DNA of 64,000 bases from Azolla caroliniana (lineage: Eukaryota > Plantae > Polypodiophyta), in assembly GCA_043228905.1 (NCBI GenBank), contig JBHGNT010000007.1, forward strand, positions 4,526,001 to 4,590,000, written 5' to 3'. Below are positions 60,901-64,000 of the stretch, piece by piece. How positions within the stretch are numbered: the stretch's first letter is position 1; each line of letters begins with the position of its first letter. A program made the translations under genes and the position numbers. The notes under the pieces are model-generated. The model was not told the origin of the DNA. It did not search any database and was given only the letters and a program-made list of their open reading frames with translations.

Positions 60901-63900
60901 TGTCGGGGTTGCTACGCCTTTGCGTGCAGAAAGGAGGAGGGACCACGGGGGTCTTGGACCGAAGAGCAAGAGAGAGCGGAGTAAGAGAGAGACCCGATTA
61001 CACAGAACCGAAGATTGCACAGGGACACGGCCCAACAAACAGAGATCACAAACAGACGCCGACACAGATGGACGCAACAACGAAAGATATGTACTTATGA
61101 ATGCAAGAAAATAACAGACCAAAGTATTACAACCCACGGTGGGGCACGGAATAGATACTAACGAGAACGGACGGGGCGGCGAACAGATGCCGACCCCTGT
61201 ATGTCGCGACGCACAGAAAGGGAAACAGGTCGGAGGTGCGGCAGGACGCACTCGGGGCGTTCCACGGAACAGCGCAAGCCTCCTCGAAACCTGCACAGGT
61301 ACGCGATGGAGCAGAAGACAGAGAAAGCAGGAGTGAGAGAGGAGCTCCGAAATCGGTTCGGCAGCACTTCGTCCTCTCCGCGCGAGATCCCCTTTTCTAT
61401 CCTTCCTCTTCCTTTTTATAGCCCGTCAAGAGGCCGTTTGGCATTAACTGCATACCAACCGAATCTGCCCACCTAGGATCCTCGTATGTACCTACTTCGT
61501 TCCTAGGTACTTCTTGGCGCGCGTGTGTGTAGAGCCGTTTCCCACGCCTTGTTCCTCCGATTCCTCTTGTGGGCTGTTTTCTTCACGACATCCGCCCCCA
61601 CCTAACCGCGCATCCACCGGTATGCGCCAAATTAAGTTGGCACGGAGAAAACCGGCCCGCCTTTACTCTTCGCCTGCCGGCCCTTCCTCGGCCTCGGATC
61701 GGTCGTCGCTGTTGTCCAGGAGAATCGGGTCGGGTTCGTCGTCGTGCCGCTTCTTGAAAGCTTTGATCCTCTTCCCGGCCACGGGTATCGCTATTCTCGT
61801 ACCGTCGAGTTCCGCCAGATGATACGTCCCGTTGTCGTTGGCGCTCTGTACCGTGTACGGCCCGAACCATCTCTGTGCGAACTTCCGCGTTGCTCGGTGC
61901 TGGTTGTCGAGGCTGCTGTCGTAGACGAGCACCCAGTCACCTTCGTCGATTTTCTTCGGTCGTAGCCGGTGCGTTCGGTCGAACCGGGCTTTGTTCTTTG
62001 TCCTCGCCACCCGGAGCTTCTCCGTAGCCAGTGCCACGTCCTCCGGTCTCCGCTCGAGCTGTCGTATACGCGCGGCCAACAACTCCTCCCGGCTCATCTC
62101 GTCCCTCCAGTCGACCGTTGCCCACGAGGAGATCGTCCGTTCAACCGGCATGATCGGCTTCTGGCCGAACATGAGCTCTGTCGGCATGTACCCGGTTACC
62201 GAACTGTGCGTGGTCCGGTCTGCCCACAAAGCATAAGGTAGGAGCCGCGGCCAGTTACCGACTTGGCCTCCGCATGCCCGAACCAGCGCTTTAACGATCG
62301 GCCCGTGTCCGCGCTCTACCTTTCCATTCGCCTCCGGGTTGTACGCAGTGGTGAGCGAGAGTTTGACTCCCAGCCGATCGAACAGCTCCGCAGCTTCCTC
62401 GGTGTCCAACTCCCCTCGGTCAGCCACGATCTTCCCGACGCACCCGTACCGGCATACCACGTCCTCGATCAGGAACCGACACACGGCCGCGGTCGTCTTG
62501 TTCTGAAGGGCTCGGCCTTCCACCTGGTTCGTCAGGTCTTCCCGTGCTAGGACCAGATACCGCATCTGTCCTACCCCCATCGGCATCGTCACCAGATCTA
62601 CCATCCATTTGAAGTGGATAGTCGGAGGGTACGTAGGGCGAAGCCCGTCCCGGTGTCGGACTATCGAGTGCATCTGACAACTCTCGCAAGTTGACACGAA
62701 CCGATGCACGTCCCGGTACAATCCCGGCCACCAGTACTTCCCCTTCAGCTTCTCGAACGTGGCCCAAGTTCCACGGTGTCCGGCCCAAGGGCTGTCGTGG
62801 TAGGCCGTCAGCAGCTCCTCCTGTTCTTCCTTCATCGCCACCACCCGGAGCGGGACACCGTTCCTCTTCTTCGGGTGCTTCCACAAATGCCCATCTCGGA
62901 GAAAGAATCGATATGCTTTCTTCCGGATCCGGTTGGCCTCGTCCTTCGTCCATGACGCATCGGGCGTCATTGTCTTCAAGAACCCGCCGATCTGCAGCCA
63001 CTCCCCGTCGTACTTGCTCGCGTCGAACTCGTTAAGCGCCGGAGTGTTCATCCCGTCGGTCGTTATGTATGCTGCCTCGAAGAAATCCACGCCGACTTCT
63101 TCGTCTTCCGAAACCATGCCGCCCTCGTCGTCGAACCTCGCCCTCGAAAGCATGTCGGCCATGGCGTTGTCTTTTCCGGAAATGTGTCGTATTTCCGGGT
63201 CCAGGGACTTGATGTACGCTATCCACCTGAGCATAGCCAGGTCCGGAGTCGCGCATCCGGAAACCATACCGAGAATCGGCAGGCAATCCGTCTCGATGAT
63301 CACTTCTGTCCCTATCAGGTAGTCTTTGTCGGCCTTAACCGCCGAAACAATACCCCAGAGTTCGCGTTTAACCTGGGCGTATCCTCGCTGCCGTTCACTG
63401 AGGACTTTCGCGCCGAATCGGATCGGAAACCGATTGCCGTCCTCGTCTTCCTGGTTCACAACCCATCCGATCCCGGTCGGACTGGTATCCACCGTTATGA
63501 ATACCGGGGTACCCTTCCCGTATACCGCCTTCCGGAGTGCCGGTGCCGCTGCAAGGGCCTCTTTCAGCTTCCGGACCGATTCCGCGTGCTCGTCCAGCCA
63601 TTCGAACCTTCGCCCCCTTTTCAGCAACCCGTACAGTGGCTCCGCGACGTGTGCGTAATGCGGGATCCATATGTGGTAGAACGCGCATGCCCCCAGGAAT
63701 CTCCGTACTTCCGTGACCGAGCTGCAGTCGGGCTTCATCGCGGAGATGGCTTCTACCTTTGCCGGAGACGGTTTCCGGCCATATGGTCCGCACAGGTGTC
63801 CGACCACCATGATTTCCGACTGCCCGAAGGCCGACTTCTCCCCGGAGAAGGTGAGTCTCGCATCCTCTAGCCTTTGCAGCACCTTCTCGCAGTCGTCGAT

Positions 63901-64000
63901 GTGCGTCGCCACGAATCGCCGGCATCCGTCCGGCCCGATCGTCTCGTCCTTTTCTTCCACCGGGCATCCCTTGATCGGGATGTCATCCAGAAACGGCATG
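60901..64000 (-). mobile_element. Gypsy-H: 3' part of a well-preserved element of the Gypsy-B group; 3' LTR at 60901-61590
   Basis: TGTCG...CACGACA termini, PPT GGTGGGGGCGGA, left flank ACGT. pol is closely similar to B. Confidence 0.92.
61663..63999 (-). CDS. pol: Gypsy-H Pol (RT C-half, RH, IN), open to the window edge
   Basis: 778 aa with no stops: PFLDD, VDTS..RELWG..TDC, H..GH..C..C, WMVDL, ADRGE, NGKVERGH, GPY. Confidence 0.92.
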   Translation of the reverse strand: MPFLDDIPIKGCPVEEKDETIGPDGCRRFVATHIDDCEKVLQRLEDARLTFSGEKSAFGQSEIMVVGHLCGPYGRKPSPAKVEAISAMKPDCSSVTEVRRFLGACAFYHIWIPHYAHVAEPLYGLLKRGRRFEWLDEHAESVRKLKEALAAAPALRKAVYGKGTPVFITVDTSPTGIGWVVNQEDEDGNRFPIRFGAKVLSERQRGYAQVKRELWGIVSAVKADKDYLIGTEVIIETDCLPILGMVSGCATPDLAMLRWIAYIKSLDPEIRHISGKDNAMADMLSRARFDDEGGMVSEDEEVGVDFFEAAYITTDGMNTPALNEFDASKYDGEWLQIGGFLKTMTPDASWTKDEANRIRKKAYRFFLRDGHLWKHPKKRNGVPLRVVAMKEEQEELLTAYHDSPWAGHRGTWATFEKLKGKYWWPGLYRDVHRFVSTCESCQMHSIVRHRDGLRPTYPPTIHFKWMVDLVTMPMGVGQMRYLVLAREDLTNQVEGRALQNKTTAAVCRFLIEDVVCRYGCVGKIVADRGELDTEEAAELFDRLGVKLSLTTAYNPEANGKVERGHGPIVKALVRACGGQVGNWPRLLPYALWADRTTHSSVTGYMPTELMFGQKPIMPVERTISSWATVDWRDEMSREELLAARIRQLERRPEDVALATEKLRVARTKNKARFDRTHRLRPKKIDEGDWVLVYDSSLDNQHRATRKFAQRWFGPYTVQSANDNGTYHLAELDGTRIAIPVAGKRIKAFKKRHDDEPDPILLDNSDDRSEAEEGPAGEE

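Overview
Plant nuclear DNA, most likely from a seed-free plant such as a fern; this is inferred from the TE lineages and PPR remnants, and the species cannot be determined. Bases 1-18.4 kb are a gene island. It holds the 5' part of DPM1 (minus strand) arranged head-to-head with a 13-exon protein phosphatase methylesterase 1 gene, a two-exon DUF599 gene, and an intronless predicted secreted protein with a 39-residue poly-Pro run and a Ser-Gly tail. From about 18.9 kb to the end is one deeply nested retrotransposon cluster of 13 insertions, most of them bounded by matching LTR termini and target-site duplications (TSDs). First nest: Copia-A contains a Bianca-type Copia and a LINE. The LINE contains Gypsy-B and a solo LTR, and Gypsy-B contains another solo LTR and a self-priming Tcn1-like chromovirus (C). 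Second nest: Copia-D contains Copia-F, which contains an intact young Tnt1/Tork-like Copia-E, a solo LTR and Gypsy-G, and Gypsy-G contains Gypsy-H. Most interesting signals: (1) all four insertions of one Gypsy group (tRNA-Trp primed in element B) sit at 4-bp CpG-centred target sites; (2) two unrelated LTR families carry a tRNA-spaced Pol III A-box/B-box module antisense in U3; (3) the young elements are strongly enriched in CCGG; (4) the chromovirus shows a self-priming PBS and a -1 frameshift signal with a possible pseudoknot.
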